A stretch of DNA of 64,000 nucleotides from Camelus dromedarius (taxonomy: Eukaryota). This document shows, piece by piece, positions 12,100 through 24,860 of the stretch (the stretch's first letter is position 1; each line of letters opens with the position of its first letter). The stretch is from assembly GCF_036321535.1 (NCBI RefSeq), contig NC_087447.1:50408001-50472000 (forward strand), written 5' to 3'. A program made the position numbers and the translations under genes. Under the pieces are notes generated by a model. It saw only the letters and a list, made by a program, of their open reading frames with translations. It was not told where the DNA came from and did no database searches.

Positions 12100-14092
12100 T
12101 TTTTAAAAGGAAACGAATATTTCAGGTGCCTGCTCAGTGCCTTCCCCCCTAGGAAGGCCTGCATCCCACTGTCACGGCCACACAGGTCCCGTGCTTGCAC
12201 CTCTGCTGGTGCAGTCACAGTTACTCGCCTTCACACAGAGTCTGGAATGTCAGTGGAGCCCAAGGCCCTGGAAGGGCATTTAGGCCACACTTCATTTGAC
12301 AGATAGCAAAAATGAGACCCAAGGATGCTGGGTGTCCCTCCACCAGAATGGAGCAGAACCAGGATGTAAACTCTATCCCACCCCAAACCCAGTGCTCTTT
12401 CCCTGCTCCCGCTCCCTGATGTTGACACCTCTGGGTGCCATTCACTACACGCAGTTGTGAAGGGGCCTCAATGGGACTGGGAGCTCCCAGCCACAGGCCC
12501 CAGCACCACGGGGCTGCAGGCAGCGTAGGAGGGGGGATGGGGTGTGAGGAGGAGGATTGGGACTGACCCTTGTGGGTACCCAGTCTGCATTGACCCTTCC
12601 CGTCTCTCCTTGGTTCACCAGCTCAGCCAGGAGGAACTATGATTGGAGCCACACAGCCCTTACCACACTGTCCACGGAGCCAGGCTTCAGCTCAAATCCC
12701 CGCATTTGGGCAAACGCTGCCACCTCCCTGTGCCCCAGCTTCCTTGGAAATATTCACCATGTTACACTTTTGGGCTCTGTGTGAATTAAATGATTTCATA
12801 CATGTACATCACACAAGCTTGTTACTATTGTTATTATGAGTTGTCCATCTTGTCCACTGAAATGGGAGGGCTGCATTTCTGGGTCCCCCTTTACCCCAGC
12901 ACGCACTCCTGTGCCTGGCCCAGCAGGAATTCAGTGCCCGTCAGTGTGAGCAGGAGAGCCTGGGCAGGCGGCATGTGAAGGCATGTCAGCCTGTGTGCCC
13001 TGCTTCTCCTGGTATCTCGGTCACCATGCTGTGCCATTGGCTAGCATGACCTTAACAGAAAGGGCTTCTTGAGTCCCCTCCAAATCCAAGTATGACTTGA
13101 AGGGAAAAGAACACACCAAGGGTGTTGGAGCAGAGGCTACCTCAAGCCCAGTATGAGGCTAGTGCTCCTGCCCTGCCCACTGCAGCGTTGCAGGAGGAAA
13201 TGGGGGATGGGAGAGGGACCCGTCCCCCTTCGCATCTGCTTTTTGTCTTCCAGGGGCTGGTGCAGCAGGCGAGTTTACATTCCCAAGTACCCCAGACGAC
13301 ATAGGCTGATAAGGATGTCTCTGGTTGGGAGCCCCCACAGTAACTTTATCTCTAAATGGGGCCGGGCAAGTCCTGGCTGGGGGAGGGAGGGTGTCCCAGG
13401 GCGTCTGAGAAGCTTCAGAGCCTGAGGACGCTCAGCTGTGGCTGAGCCCACCTGGTTATGGTGCAGGCGACCCACACCAGCCTCCCACCCCTGCTCCTGC
13501 CTGCTGTGCCCCCAACTCCCTGACCCCATTCACCCACTTCAGGATCCTGCCTGGGCCTGCCCAGCCCCACTCCTGCTCCTCCCTTATCAATCTGGGAGCA
13601 ACTAGAGGGCAGCACCTCCTGGGACCACCGGGCCTGCGCAGAGCTGGGTTTCTTGAAATTAACGTCCACCAGCTCTCCTGGAGTTCCAAGCTCCCTGGAC
13701 CCACTTCTCCTCTCTTGACTAAGTCAGAGGTTGAGACCACATCTTTGACGGCTTCCTTTCTCCCCATCCTCACAGCCCAGCACCTACCTAAGAAGCATTC
13801 ACTACATGCGGGGAACTTTATGTAATTAATCCTCAGACTCTTGAGAGGCATTATCATAATTCCCATTGACACAGAGAGAACTGAGCATCCTAGAGGGTTG
13901 GTGACCCACCTGAGGGCACACAACTGGAAGGGACACAGCTGGGCTTTGAGCCAGGGCTGCCCAGCTTGGTTTGGTGGGCTCAGCAGTGGGCAAAGGACTG
14001 ACTCCAGGTTCTGCCTGCGGAGTGGGAGTGGGACACAGCTTCCCTGTGCCCGGCTGGGGTGAGACAGAGGGCTGCAGGGGAAGGAAGAGGGC

Positions 14093-14621
14093 TGTTCCTG
14101 TTACCTAATGCCATGTGCCCAAAACTTAGTGCTTGAAGCATACCATTTATTTTGTCCTCCTATCTGCATCTGAGCAGGGCTCTGAGGTTCATCTCTGTTC
14201 CGCCTGGCATTACCTCGGATGGTTCGCAGTCTGGGGGCAGGAATCACTTGAAGAGTCATCCATGCATATGTCTAGTGGTTGAAGCTGGCCATTGGCCGAG
14301 ACCTCAGCTGGGGCTGTTGGCCAGAACACCTGTAGTGGCCTCTCTGTGTGGCTTGGGCTTCCTCACAATAGGGTTGCTGGATTCCAGAAAGAGAGAGACA
14401 GAGCGACAAACAGACAGGCGGAAGCTGAGTCACCTTTATAGATTTAGCCTGGGAACTTATGTAATGTCACATCTGCCACACTCAGTGGGGCAGTCACCAA
14501 GTTCTGCTTAATGTCAAGGGGAGGGGCAAGAGACTCCACTCTGGACGGACAATGGCAAGTTTTCAGTATGTGGACCTGAAAATACCCCTGACGCCACTTT
14601 TGGAAAACACACCCTGTCACA
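14093..14621 (-). mobile_element. MaLR solo LTR (MLT1F/G/H-like)
   Basis: cccaaaacttagtgcttgaagc...gtgtggcttgggcttcctcaca...gcggaagctg...ctgtcaca terminus. Confidence 0.7.
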
Positions 14622-15847
14622 GGGACCTCCTCTCCTGCCTCCTTACCACTAGTCTCACTTCCCCAACCTGGCAGGACACTTCCAGAGGCTTAGCTGACAC
14701 TGCCTCTCTCACCTCGACTTTGGAAGCATGGTTCTCAGTGGGGGGAGCAGGAGAGAGGGCAAATGGCTGTTTACCGAGCACTTACCTGTCCTGGGCACTT
14801 CCATGCCTTGTTTAGTTCCATCCCCACCATGACCCTACATAACAGGCAGTGAAGTCCCTGTTCTGTAGGTTAGGAGACTGAGGCTGAGAGAGGTGAAGAC
14901 TTAGGCCAGAAGGAATCACCAGCGAGGCTGGGATCTGAAGCCAGGTCTGTGTGGCTCCAAAGGGCCTGCTCTTGTCCCTGCATCAGCTGTCCCTGCACCA
15001 GGCTCAAGAAAAGGAAGGGGTGATAGGGTGGGTCTTGGCTCAGAACGGCCTGGGTTCTCACTGAAGCTCCTTGACCTTGGGTGGATCAAGGATGACCCTC
15101 TGAGCCTCAAATTCCATATCTGTCCAATGGGACATCACAGACTTTACAAAACAAACCAATGAAGTAAAATAATCTCTGTTACCAGCTTGGCACAGCCACT
15201 AGCACATCATGGCTGGTACCCAGACCACTCAGCCCTCCCTAGACTGAACCTGCTCATCTATGGGCAGAGCTAGGCTGTCTGGGGAATAAGCTTTTTTGCC
15301 ACTCACCAAGGGGGAGCCCCGGGCTCCTGTTGGCTATTTTTAAGCTTGTGTGGGCAACCACAGAACCACACGTGGGGGTTACCACCATTTGACCAAGCCT
15401 GGAAGAACAGGAAAACACTTCTGATGACAGAGGGTGAGCATCTGAGGTCAGGATGGACGTCAGTTCTTCCCAGCATTGCCAGGCTGACTTCAGACAAAGT
15501 CAGAGTCTATTCAAGGTCTCAGCTCCCTAATCTGTAAAATGAGGATACTCGTACGCACAGCAGCCTGCATTCTGGTGCTGCTTACGCGATCTCACGTGAT
15601 TCTCACTGTGAGGGAGGCTGGGGATGCAGAAGTGGCTCAGATAGAAGAGGGGCAGGAGTGGAACCAGGGCTGGTCCTTTTCACTGCTCTCTGCTTCCAGT
15701 CTCCCCCAGCAGCTGGAAACCGTTCACAAGGATTAGCTGAGATTATGGATGTGGGTATGTTTTTTAAACTAGATTCTAAACTGTAAACCAACAGGCTCAG
15801 GGACAGCTTAGGCTCAATTCCATGGAGACAGCTCCTCACCTCTCCCC

Positions 15848-15895
15848 AGCCACAGCCCCAGCCTTTAGCCACAGCCCCAGCCTTTAGCCACAGCC
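15848..15895. repeat. 19-bp tandem repeat (agccacagccccagccttt, ~2.5 copies)
   Basis: Read directly from the sequence. Confidence 0.85.
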
Positions 15896-16269
15896 ATCTG
15901 TTTTCCCTGGATGAGGATCCTTGTAAGATTCTATTTTGCCTCTGTTACCAAATAAAAGACTTTGAAAGCCACTGAGGGGTGGACTGCAGACAGGAGGTGG
16001 CAGGGACACTTCCTAGGGCACAGAGCCCCAGGTGTCCTCATCCCTATCAGCAGCCTGGTCCACAGCAATGACCCTGGGGTCTGCCACCCAGTTCTCACAG
16101 GAGCCCAAGCCTCAGGCCCATGCCCTTTCCTTACTCACATGGGGCCTCTGACGTTCTTACTTTTCAGGTCCAGGAAACCATGTTCCTGGAAGAGTCACCA
16201 GCCATGGTTAGGGCACAGAAGGTCTGTAATTTCCCAGGAGGAAAAGAAAGAAAGCAATAAGGCTGTGTT

Positions 16270-16890
16270 AGTGAGCGCACGTACCTGCAACCATACATAT
16301 GCAGACCACACACTGCATACGTACGTGCACAAGTCGGCTTCACACACAAATTCACCTCATTTACACACACGTGCTCACACAGGCACACACAAAACACCTA
16401 CTCCCACCGGCATCCATACGTACACGTCACGTCTATCCATATTCCCACATTAAGATGAACCTACAGAGTACACACACACCTTACACAAACATGCACACAC
16501 AGCTCCTACACTCAGATGGATTAACATAAATGCACAAACCTGTATGTATGCGAAAAGCACAAACATGCACAAACAGATGCATACTTACACACATCCAATT
16601 GTCATACACTCCCATGGATAAACAGGTACCTAGACTCAACATAATTGCATTGTGAAAGCTTGTAGACAGGTGGATGTTCACACAGACACACCCAGGCCCA
16701 TACAAACCTGGGTATGCACATCCATTTCATTTACACATATTCATACACAATAACACTAAACACAGATATATGAGCATCTGTATAGACATAACAAAACCAC
16801 ACATCACAGCTGTCCACACGTGCACGTGCAAACACACACACGCACACACACCTTGCATGCACACACACAATCTCATCAGCGCTGCACAGC
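16270..16890. repeat. Degenerate CA/CATA-rich low-complexity tract
   Basis: Dense cacacac/catgcaca/acataca motifs; source of His/Thr-rich spurious ORFs. Confidence 0.75.
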
Positions 16891-19290
16891 AGTGTACATG
16901 TTGCCTTTTCTGGCACCCTTGTTACTGAGCCATCCTGCAAAGACGCAGAGACGCAAGTACCTAGTTCCACTCCAGCTGAAAACCCCCAACCCCTGGGTGT
17001 GTGGGAGGGCGAACCAGACGCCCTCCCTGCAGGGGGTACAGTGGAAAGTATGACCCAAGCTGACTTTTGCAAAGAGCAAAAGTGAGGGTTTTTTCCACCC
17101 TGTTACCTCACTCTGCCGTCGGTGACCAGGGCCTCCATTGCTAATCCACCTCCCAGCAGCCCCCTCAACCCTCGAGGACATTCAGATGCAACATCAGAAC
17201 TCCACATCTTTAGTTAACTCAGCAATTAACTCACCGACATCAGACCCCACTGTGTGCCAGGCGCTGGGCTGGGGGTTAGGGGCAAAGGGAGCAGCTGGAA
17301 CTGGGCCCTGCCAGCGGGGCTCACAGTCGGGAGGTAGGGTGATGGGTGAGATCAGAGGGAGGCTCGAGATCAAGCCCCTTAAAATGTGTTCACAGGATGA
17401 CCAGTTTGCCAAGGGAGCAATCTTTCAAATGACTGATACGCTGAATATACCAATTCATCAATTTACTATTAATTGCAGGGTTTTTTTTTTTTTCAGTTCA
17501 AAAGTAAACAGCAATTTTATTGGATACATTAGAATTTGTTTTTATCTTGTCTTCACAACAGCATTTTAAAGAATGTTCAGATGGCCAAAGCTCAGGGTCT
17601 GGGGTGGTTTAGTTTAATTTTTCAAAACTACTTAATATTTGTAACTGGAGAAGGACTTTCTGGGGACATCCACCAGGAGCAGGGCATTCTGGGAGCTCTG
17701 TGGTCTTTGACAGTCTTTCTGGGACCACTTGATCCCCCAGGAGCTGTGTGACCAGTTCCTGGGTTCTTCTCTGGTTTGCCCCGTGATCTTGGCCATGTCC
17801 CTTCTCCTCTCCGGGCCTCAGCCTCCTCCTGTACACAGAGCTCATCATCCGGGCTCTGTTGACACTGAATGAGACCCCCGAGCCTCCTGTGAGCTCCGTC
17901 TCCCAGCGTGGCCAGGGTTCGGCCCACAGGCACCCGAGAGGATGCTGACTCTGCTGGCGGTGGCCCAGCCCTGCTTGGAAGTCAAAGTTGTAACAGTCAA
18001 CACTCACCCGTGTTGTGTTGATGCCTCTGTCTGAACCATGACATTTCTGGGTCCTGTTCCCCCCAGCTCTAGGCAGAGGGGCCTAGCGTGCTCTGGGTAG
18101 GGGGTGAGCGTGGGGCGGCAGAGGGTGTGGCCCGACTAACTTTCCTTTCCTGGTAACACGCTCGCTAACCTCATTTCCTTTTTTCTGAAGGGAAATGCCA
18201 TTGACATCACACAACTGGATTTTCAGCGAGACCAGATGAGAGAACTCATGGTCTCCTAGCAGGCAAGAAGGATGCACACATGGGCTGGGTGCAAGTCTGT
18301 CCATGGGTGGTTTTGGAGAACCCTTGATCTGAGGCTTCAGAGATGGGGACCCCTGAGCCAAAAAGGGGCAGAGATACACTCTGGGGTTCACACCCAGACA
18401 GCAGAGCTGGGGCCAAAACCCAGGCCCCTGCCTCCCAACCAGGGCTTTACATGAAGGGGCCTAACCTGCTCCCCCCACCACCTCACTTTAATAATGGCAC
18501 CAACATCCACTAACCCAGCCAAGCCGGAAACTGCTCACCAGCAGCTCCTCACTGCAGCTACGCAGCTCCTCCAGTTTGTCCCTAGACCACACCCCAGCTC
18601 AGGCCTCCGAGGCTCTCTAGGACTCCTGCCCAGCCTCAGCTCTGGTCTCCCACACACCTATCCAGGCCTCTTCGTGTTACTTGGGGGACACTGATAAAAC
18701 AGAGCCCACGACGTTACTCCCCAGCCTAATACCTTCTGGGGCTTCCTGGCTAGGCGTTCAAGACCCTCCTTGGTTTTCCCCATCTTCCTCTTAGTCACTC
18801 CCCTGATATGCCCCTTCGCCCTCAGTGCAGAGATGACCTGCCATCCCCAAGTTGTGGAACCTTCTTGCACTCACTCATGCTGTTCCCTCTCAGGGAGCTC
18901 CTCTCTCTGCATGCATACTTCTGCTTGTCCACTCCTGACGGAGGACAGCGCTCGGGAGGTGCTCTGCCCCCACTGCCACCTTAGAGGGAACTGATCTCCT
19001 TAGCTGATGTGTCCAAGTCCTCCTCTCTGCCTCCTTGAGAGCAGCAAAGACATTTCATTGTGGAAAATTTCAAGCATACACAAAAATAGAATAGTACAAA
19101 GAACCCCGTGTATCCTCACCAGCTTCAACCCTCCCCCACTCAAAGCCACTCCTGTTTCATTTCTGTCTCTCAGCTCCTCCCCCACTGGATTATTTGGAGC
19201 AAATCCAATATATCAAATTATTTTATTGTACATATTGCAGTGTATATTTCTAAAAAAAAAAAGGCATGACCTTCTATCCAAAAAAGGCAT

Positions 19291-19390
19291 ATACATCTAC
19301 CAAACTTCATCAAATTGTGCATCTGAAATATGTGTAGTTTACTGTATAGAAATTATACTACAATAAAGTTGTTTTTTTTAAAAGTTAAAA
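19291..19390 (+). mobile_element. Short L1 3'-end insertion with TSD
   Basis: catcaaattgtgcatctgaaatatgtgtagttt...tacaataaagtt plus tail. TSD aaaaaggcatgacc at 19258-19271 and 19391-19404. Confidence 0.75.
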
Positions 19391-19811
19391 AAAAAGGCAT
19401 GACCAGAATACCATGATCATACTTACATTTTCATAATATTTTTATTACTATCAAATATCCAGTAGTGTTTAAATTTCCCCAATTTTCTCATTGATGATCT
19501 TTTAAAGTTAGTTTGTTCAAAATCAGGACCAGCAAAGTCCATACCTTTCACCTGTTTGTCGGTGTCTTGCATCTCTTTCAATCTGTAGGCTTCTCTCTCA
19601 TCTCTGATTTTTTTCTCCCGTTTGTGGACTAAACCAGGTTGTTCAGTGGCAGTTTTCCACATTCTGGGCTTTTCCTACTGTATCCCTGATAGTGTTACTT
19701 AACGTATTCTTCAGTCCCCTGCCTTTTCTATAAATTGGTAGTTAGCACTAAAGACTTGATTAACTTCAGAGTCACAGTTTTGTCAAGCATAGTTCATAGG
19801 ACACGTGTGTA

Positions 19812-20308
19812 TAGTAGTCCCTCGTTATCTGCGGGGCGTCCGTTCCAAGGCCCCCAGTGGATGCCTGACACCTCGGATAGTACCGAGCCCTGTGTATACC
19901 ATGTTTTCTCCCACATATACACACCTATGATAAGGTTTAATTTATAAATTAGGCCCAGAAAGAGAATACCCGAGGTGCCAGCGTCACTCCTCTTGCACTT
20001 TGGGGCCCTTATTAAGCAAACTAAGATTAACTTGAACACAATCACCAGGATACACGCGACAGTCAGTCCGATTACGCAGACGGCTACTGAGTGACAAATG
20101 GGCTGGGTGATCCACATCCCAGACAGGATGGAGAGGGATGGTGTGCAATTTCATCATGCTACTTGGAACAGTGCACAATTTAAAGCTCATTAATTGTTTT
20201 ATTTCTGGAATTTTCCATTTAATATTTTTGGGTCACTGTTGATAGCAAGTAACTGAAACTGGAAAGTGAAACCATGATCGGGGGGCGGGGGGGTGGGGGG
20301 GGCTACTG
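19812..20308 (+). mobile_element. MER44 (Tigger7-derived, TcMar) non-autonomous DNA transposon
   Basis: Termini TA|tagtagtccctcgttatctgcgg ... ggctactg|TG. Internal cccccagtggatgcctga and tttctggaattttccatttaatattttt match the MER44 consensus as recalled. Confidence 0.85.
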
Positions 20309-23300
20309 TGCTTTCCTCAAAAGGTATCTAATGTTTCATTGTCTGTGTGTTTGTGCTTTTAAAAGACTTTGATGATTGTTACTTACATCCACTATTTCAT
20401 TAGAGATCTGCAAAACAAATGATATTTTAATTTTACTTTCCTCTTCATTTATTGGCTGGAATACTTCTATAGAGAGAAACTTCCCTGAGGTACCATCTAT
20501 TTAGGAAAGGCAGGGTAAATGCTTGATGCTTTCTTCTTGTTTATCAGTTTTCAGAATAATGAGTTGATTCCCTAATATTCTCTAAAGGTGACCAACAAAG
20601 GTTTTGTTTGTCTGCTTTGATTTTAGGTTTTTTGTGTCATTGTTATCTCATACTTTTAAAAATCTATTTGATGTGTTTCAGTCTCTTTCAGTTATTATGC
20701 TTGTTATCACTCAAATTGTCCCATCTTTGGCCAGTGGGGATCTCTTTAATTGGCTTCTGAGTCCTTCTGACCTGACCCTAAGCAGTGTTTAATAGCTTCC
20801 TGATTGTCTAATATGACAAGATGTCCACGTTTTTCCTGTACATTTTCTGCTATTTATCCAACAAGTCCTGGTTCTTTTAGTGAGAAATAGTATTTAGAGA
20901 TCACAAATCTGAATGCTAGGGGTGCTCAGTGCTATTTGGCTGGTCATTATGTCTAGCCTATTTCTGTATACAGAGCAGGGAAATACTTTTTTCCTTAAGA
21001 AAATTCACATCAAGAGTTCATACTGATATTTTAAAATAAAACCTAAGACAATAGGACTTTTACTTAAATCCTTTGATTTTGTATTTAGTGTCTCTTTTCA
21101 TTAATGCTGAAAATCTTGCTTCCTAAGAACATTAACATGATTACTGAGTCATTTTCCCCTACTTTCTCTCTATATTATAAAAATGTCAGATTAGCAATGC
21201 CAGTAGCGTTACAACAATATGATTTGTTTGCAGTTCCTTGCCCTTGGACTACATACCCTACTAGTGATGGGCAGTCAAGTCACCACATTTCTAAAGCACT
21301 TGCAATATTTCAACACTGCATGGTGAAGCCATCAACTCAAAACAGAGATTCATTTATTTCATCTTGCTTTTGATTTGGGGGAATTGCTTTTGACTTTTGT
21401 TTTGATTTAATTTAATTTTTATGTAAAGCATTTACCTGGTTCCAAACCATTACCTGGTTTAATCTACAAAATGATGTGTATTCAGGAAGTCTACCTTCTA
21501 CTTCCATTCCCTTTACCTTATTTTCTCCCTCCTCCAATAGATAAAAATTCAAAAAAATTGTATATTTTAACTGATTTTCTTTAAGAAAATATGCATATAT
21601 ATTTTCCCCTGCATTTTTTTTTGATAAGTGACAATGTACTATATACAATTTATTCCATTTCACTTTTTTACTTACCATTGTGCCCTGGAGATTATGTCAT
21701 CACAGCACCTGGAGAGCCTCCTCCTGCCCTTTTCTAGTTGTAGAGCCATGCACTGTGTGGTCACCTCATCTCTATTGATAAGACATTTGGGTGGTTTCTA
21801 GTTTTGGGGTTTTTTTTGTTTGTTTGTTTGTTTACCATTACATATGGTATTTATTCCATCAATAGCTTTATGCATACATCTTGTCTTATTTTTGCCAGTT
21901 TATCTTTGGGATAGATTCCTAGAAGTGGGATTTCTAGGTCAAAGGATAAACACACATGTAATTTTTCTAGAAATTGCCAAATCCCCTCCACATAGGGGCC
22001 TACACCATTTTGTATTCCCACCACACATTGTAGGAGAGAGCCTGTTTTCCCACAGTCTTGCCAACGGAGTACATTGTCAAACTTTGGGGTTTTGGCCAAT
22101 CTGATAAATGAGATATGGCATCTTGGCTTAGTTTTAATTGGTATTTCTCTGATTATGAACAAGGTTAACTATCTTCTTATGTCTAGGTTCTGATGGACTT
22201 TGGGGACCCTAGTCCCCAGCTGGCACAGATGAGGTCTTTTGGAGAGATTCTTGGAATGAAAGAAGGAAGGAACAGATGAACCAACAAATGAAGAAGTCAA
22301 GTTTTGAAGAGGATGGTTGGCATGTCCAATTATTACCAGAGCTGGAACTAGAATTGATCTCCTTTTTTCCCTTTTTCATGTTAGAAATTTTCGGACTATA
22401 AAATAAATATGTTTATAGCAGAAAGTTTGTAAAGCACAGGAAAGTATAAGCCAAGGAAAATTTTTAATCTATTTTTTAGCATTTCAATCTATTCCCCCCA
22501 ATCTTTATGCATTTTTTCCAGTTATGATCACCCTACATACATGGTTTTGTATTCTGTTCTTTTTCACTTAACACTTTTCCATGTTAATAACAACTCTTTG
22601 CAAACATAATGTTAATGGCTGTACAGTATTTCACTCTCTGAATACACATTAATATGTTTCAGTTTTCTATCATTGCTAGACTTCTAGATTGTTTCCAGAT
22701 TTTTGCTATTACAAGTAAATTCTTCCATGTTCATCTTTTTTCACATTCTGAATTTTTCCCTCTTAGGATTAATTCCTGGAAGTGGAGCTCCAAGAATCCC
22801 AGCATTGAGTTCCAACTCCGGGGCTTTTTCTTGGCTGTGCTCAGAAGAAATTGTTTGCTAAGCTTTGCCCCTGTGACATCCCATAGCCGCAGGCTAGTGT
22901 CTAGTGTCTGTGCTCTGGAGCAGAGACACAGTCACACTCAAGTTAGATCAGAGAATGGGCCAAGCTGGGCGGGACAGAGCCCACTCAGGATGAGGACTCA
23001 GAATCTCCTGCCATTCGCCCTTGAGCTCCTTGCCTTCCAAGGACTATCGACAGATAACTTGAACCAACAAGAGGCAACTGCACAGGGACATGGTCAAGCC
23101 TGCTAGAGGGTGCAAGATCAAATCTGGTAGACAGCGCAGGCAGGCAGGGAGGCTGAGCAGACGTGGTCTCTGCTTTGGAAGCACTCACCATCCATGGACC
23201 AGACAGCTGGGGTCAGACCCTCCCACCCTGAGAAGGGCTCCGTGACAGACTCTAATACAGTACTGCTCACCTACAGAGGGCTCTGGGAAAGCTGCCTGGA

Positions 23301-23783
23301 AGAGGCATCAATAAAATTTAGCAGTGGGGAATATTGGTTTTACCTGACAGATGAGGTTGGGCTGTGACCAATCCTGAGGGGCCCTGTAAGCCCAGATATG
23401 GATCCTGGATCACATCCTATGCAGTGAAGCAGGGGGATGAGGATCAGGTCTGAGATGAGGCCAGTCCCTCTGGCTGCTGTGCAGGGGGCAGGATCACAGA
23501 TGGGAACTGGACAGATTGTTAAAATGAGACCAACCCCCAGGCAACAGCCCATGAAGCCCAAATCAGAGCAGTGGTCATAGAGATGGAATAGAAGGATAGA
23601 GATAAGAAAAAACAGGTATACAGTTAATACTCAAAAAAGAAAAAGTTTTGTCAATGTATGACCTTCCTATAGCCTATGGGAAAGAGTCCTGGATTGAGAG
23701 ACAAGGTACCTGGGTTCCAGTCCCAGATTCATGTGACCTAGGGCAAGTCTCTTGCTTATATCTGGGCCTCACTTTCTACTTTT

Positions 23784-23900
23784 TTTGAGGGGGTGGGTAA
23801 TTAGGTTTATTTATTTATTTTTAATGAGAGTACTGAGGCTTGAACCCAAGACCTCCTGCATGCTAAGCATACACTCTACCACTGAGCTATACCCTCCCCC
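23784..23900 (-). mobile_element. Full-length tRNA-Ala-derived camelid SINE (Vic-1 type) with 16-bp TSD, inside a MIR
   Basis: The minus strand reads GGGGGAGGGTATAGCTCAGTGGTAGAG (A box)...TTAGCAT (AGC anticodon)...GGTTCAAGCC (B box)...AAATAAATAAACCTAATTACC-A tail. TSD ctca(c/a)tttctactttt at 23768-23783 and 23902-23917. Confidence 0.88.
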
Positions 23901-24259
23901 ACTCAATTTCTACTTTTGTACACCAAGGAGGTTGCACTAGGTCATCTCCAACGGCTCTTATGTTCTGAAAACTCTTTGATCCCAAAGCTGCAAAATGACC
24001 ATGGTCCCTTTAGAAGGGAGGAGGGGAAAAAAAACAGGCTGAGCAGAGGGAGCAGCCAGGGCTGGGGTCTCAGGATCCGGGCTCTCTGTCTCTCTGCCCC
24101 ATCAATCTTGCAGCGCTAATGTCAGTGGGGTGGCTGGGCCGAAGCCAGAGGCCAGCTGTAGGGAGGGAGGAATGGTCTCTGGCTCAAGGAACAGAGAGGA
24201 AAGAATGCAGGGCTTCCAAAAAGCTGTGAACAAGACATCAGCTCTGGCTGGATGCCCGT

Positions 24260-24860
24260 AGGTTTCGCAACTGTCCTCTGACTTGAATAACAAGAATGAG
24301 CCAGTGTGGGGAGGGCAGCTGGTTCCCTCTCTGTGCGTCAGAAACTGCAAGATGATGACAGGTAGTGAAGATGCCTTTGGCGGCAAGTAAGAGAAAACCC
24401 TGCCTCTAATGTCTAAATATAACAAGGAAACATATCATCTTGCACCACTGCAAGTCCAGAGTGTGTGGCTCCAGCTCCAGCAGGAGCTTCTGGTTCTATC
24501 AAGAACACATGCTTTTTTAATTCTCTCTTGTCCTTAGCTGGTTTTCTTTGTGGCCCAATGATGGCTGGCAATGATAGCAAAGGCTACATATATGCTTCCA
24601 TGTGAATGTTCAGCAGGAAAATGCAAGAGAAGACTTCTCGCCCAACTCTGGACTGAAGTCCTTTTCTTTGGTTTGAATAGGACAACTTGGATCATGTTTC
24701 CAATCAATACCAGTCTCTCAGGGAATTCCATGTGCTGATTGGCTTAGATTAATTAGGATCTAATGTTAAACCTGGAGGTTGGGAGAGTGAGCAGAATTGG
24801 GGTCCTGCAAGGAAGGAACAGGCGAGTAGATGCTGGATGGGCAGCCAACACATCTACATG
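24260..24860 (-). mobile_element. Old MaLR LTR remnant (MLT1J/K/L-like)
   Basis: caacttggatcatg...gtgctgattggcttag...gatgctggatgggcagccaac...ctaca terminus. Confidence 0.5.

Larger units (their letters stand above)
19050..22190 (-). mobile_element. Old L1 (L1MC/L1ME-like) remnants with nested insertions
   Basis: AT-rich. Begins ggaaaatttcaagcatacacaaaaatagaatagtac; ORF2-end remnant (SFDLEIPLLGIYPKD) near 21900-21960. Confidence 0.8.

Noticed and set aside
16270..16890. His/Thr-rich ORFs here and at 60150-60700, and the idea that the two tracts are a duplication
   Set aside because: Both are degenerate CA-rich low-complexity sequence with no colinear similarity visible.
23784..23900. tRNA-Ala gene
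   Set aside because: Mismatched acceptor and T stems, an A-rich tail and a TSD mark it as a SINE.
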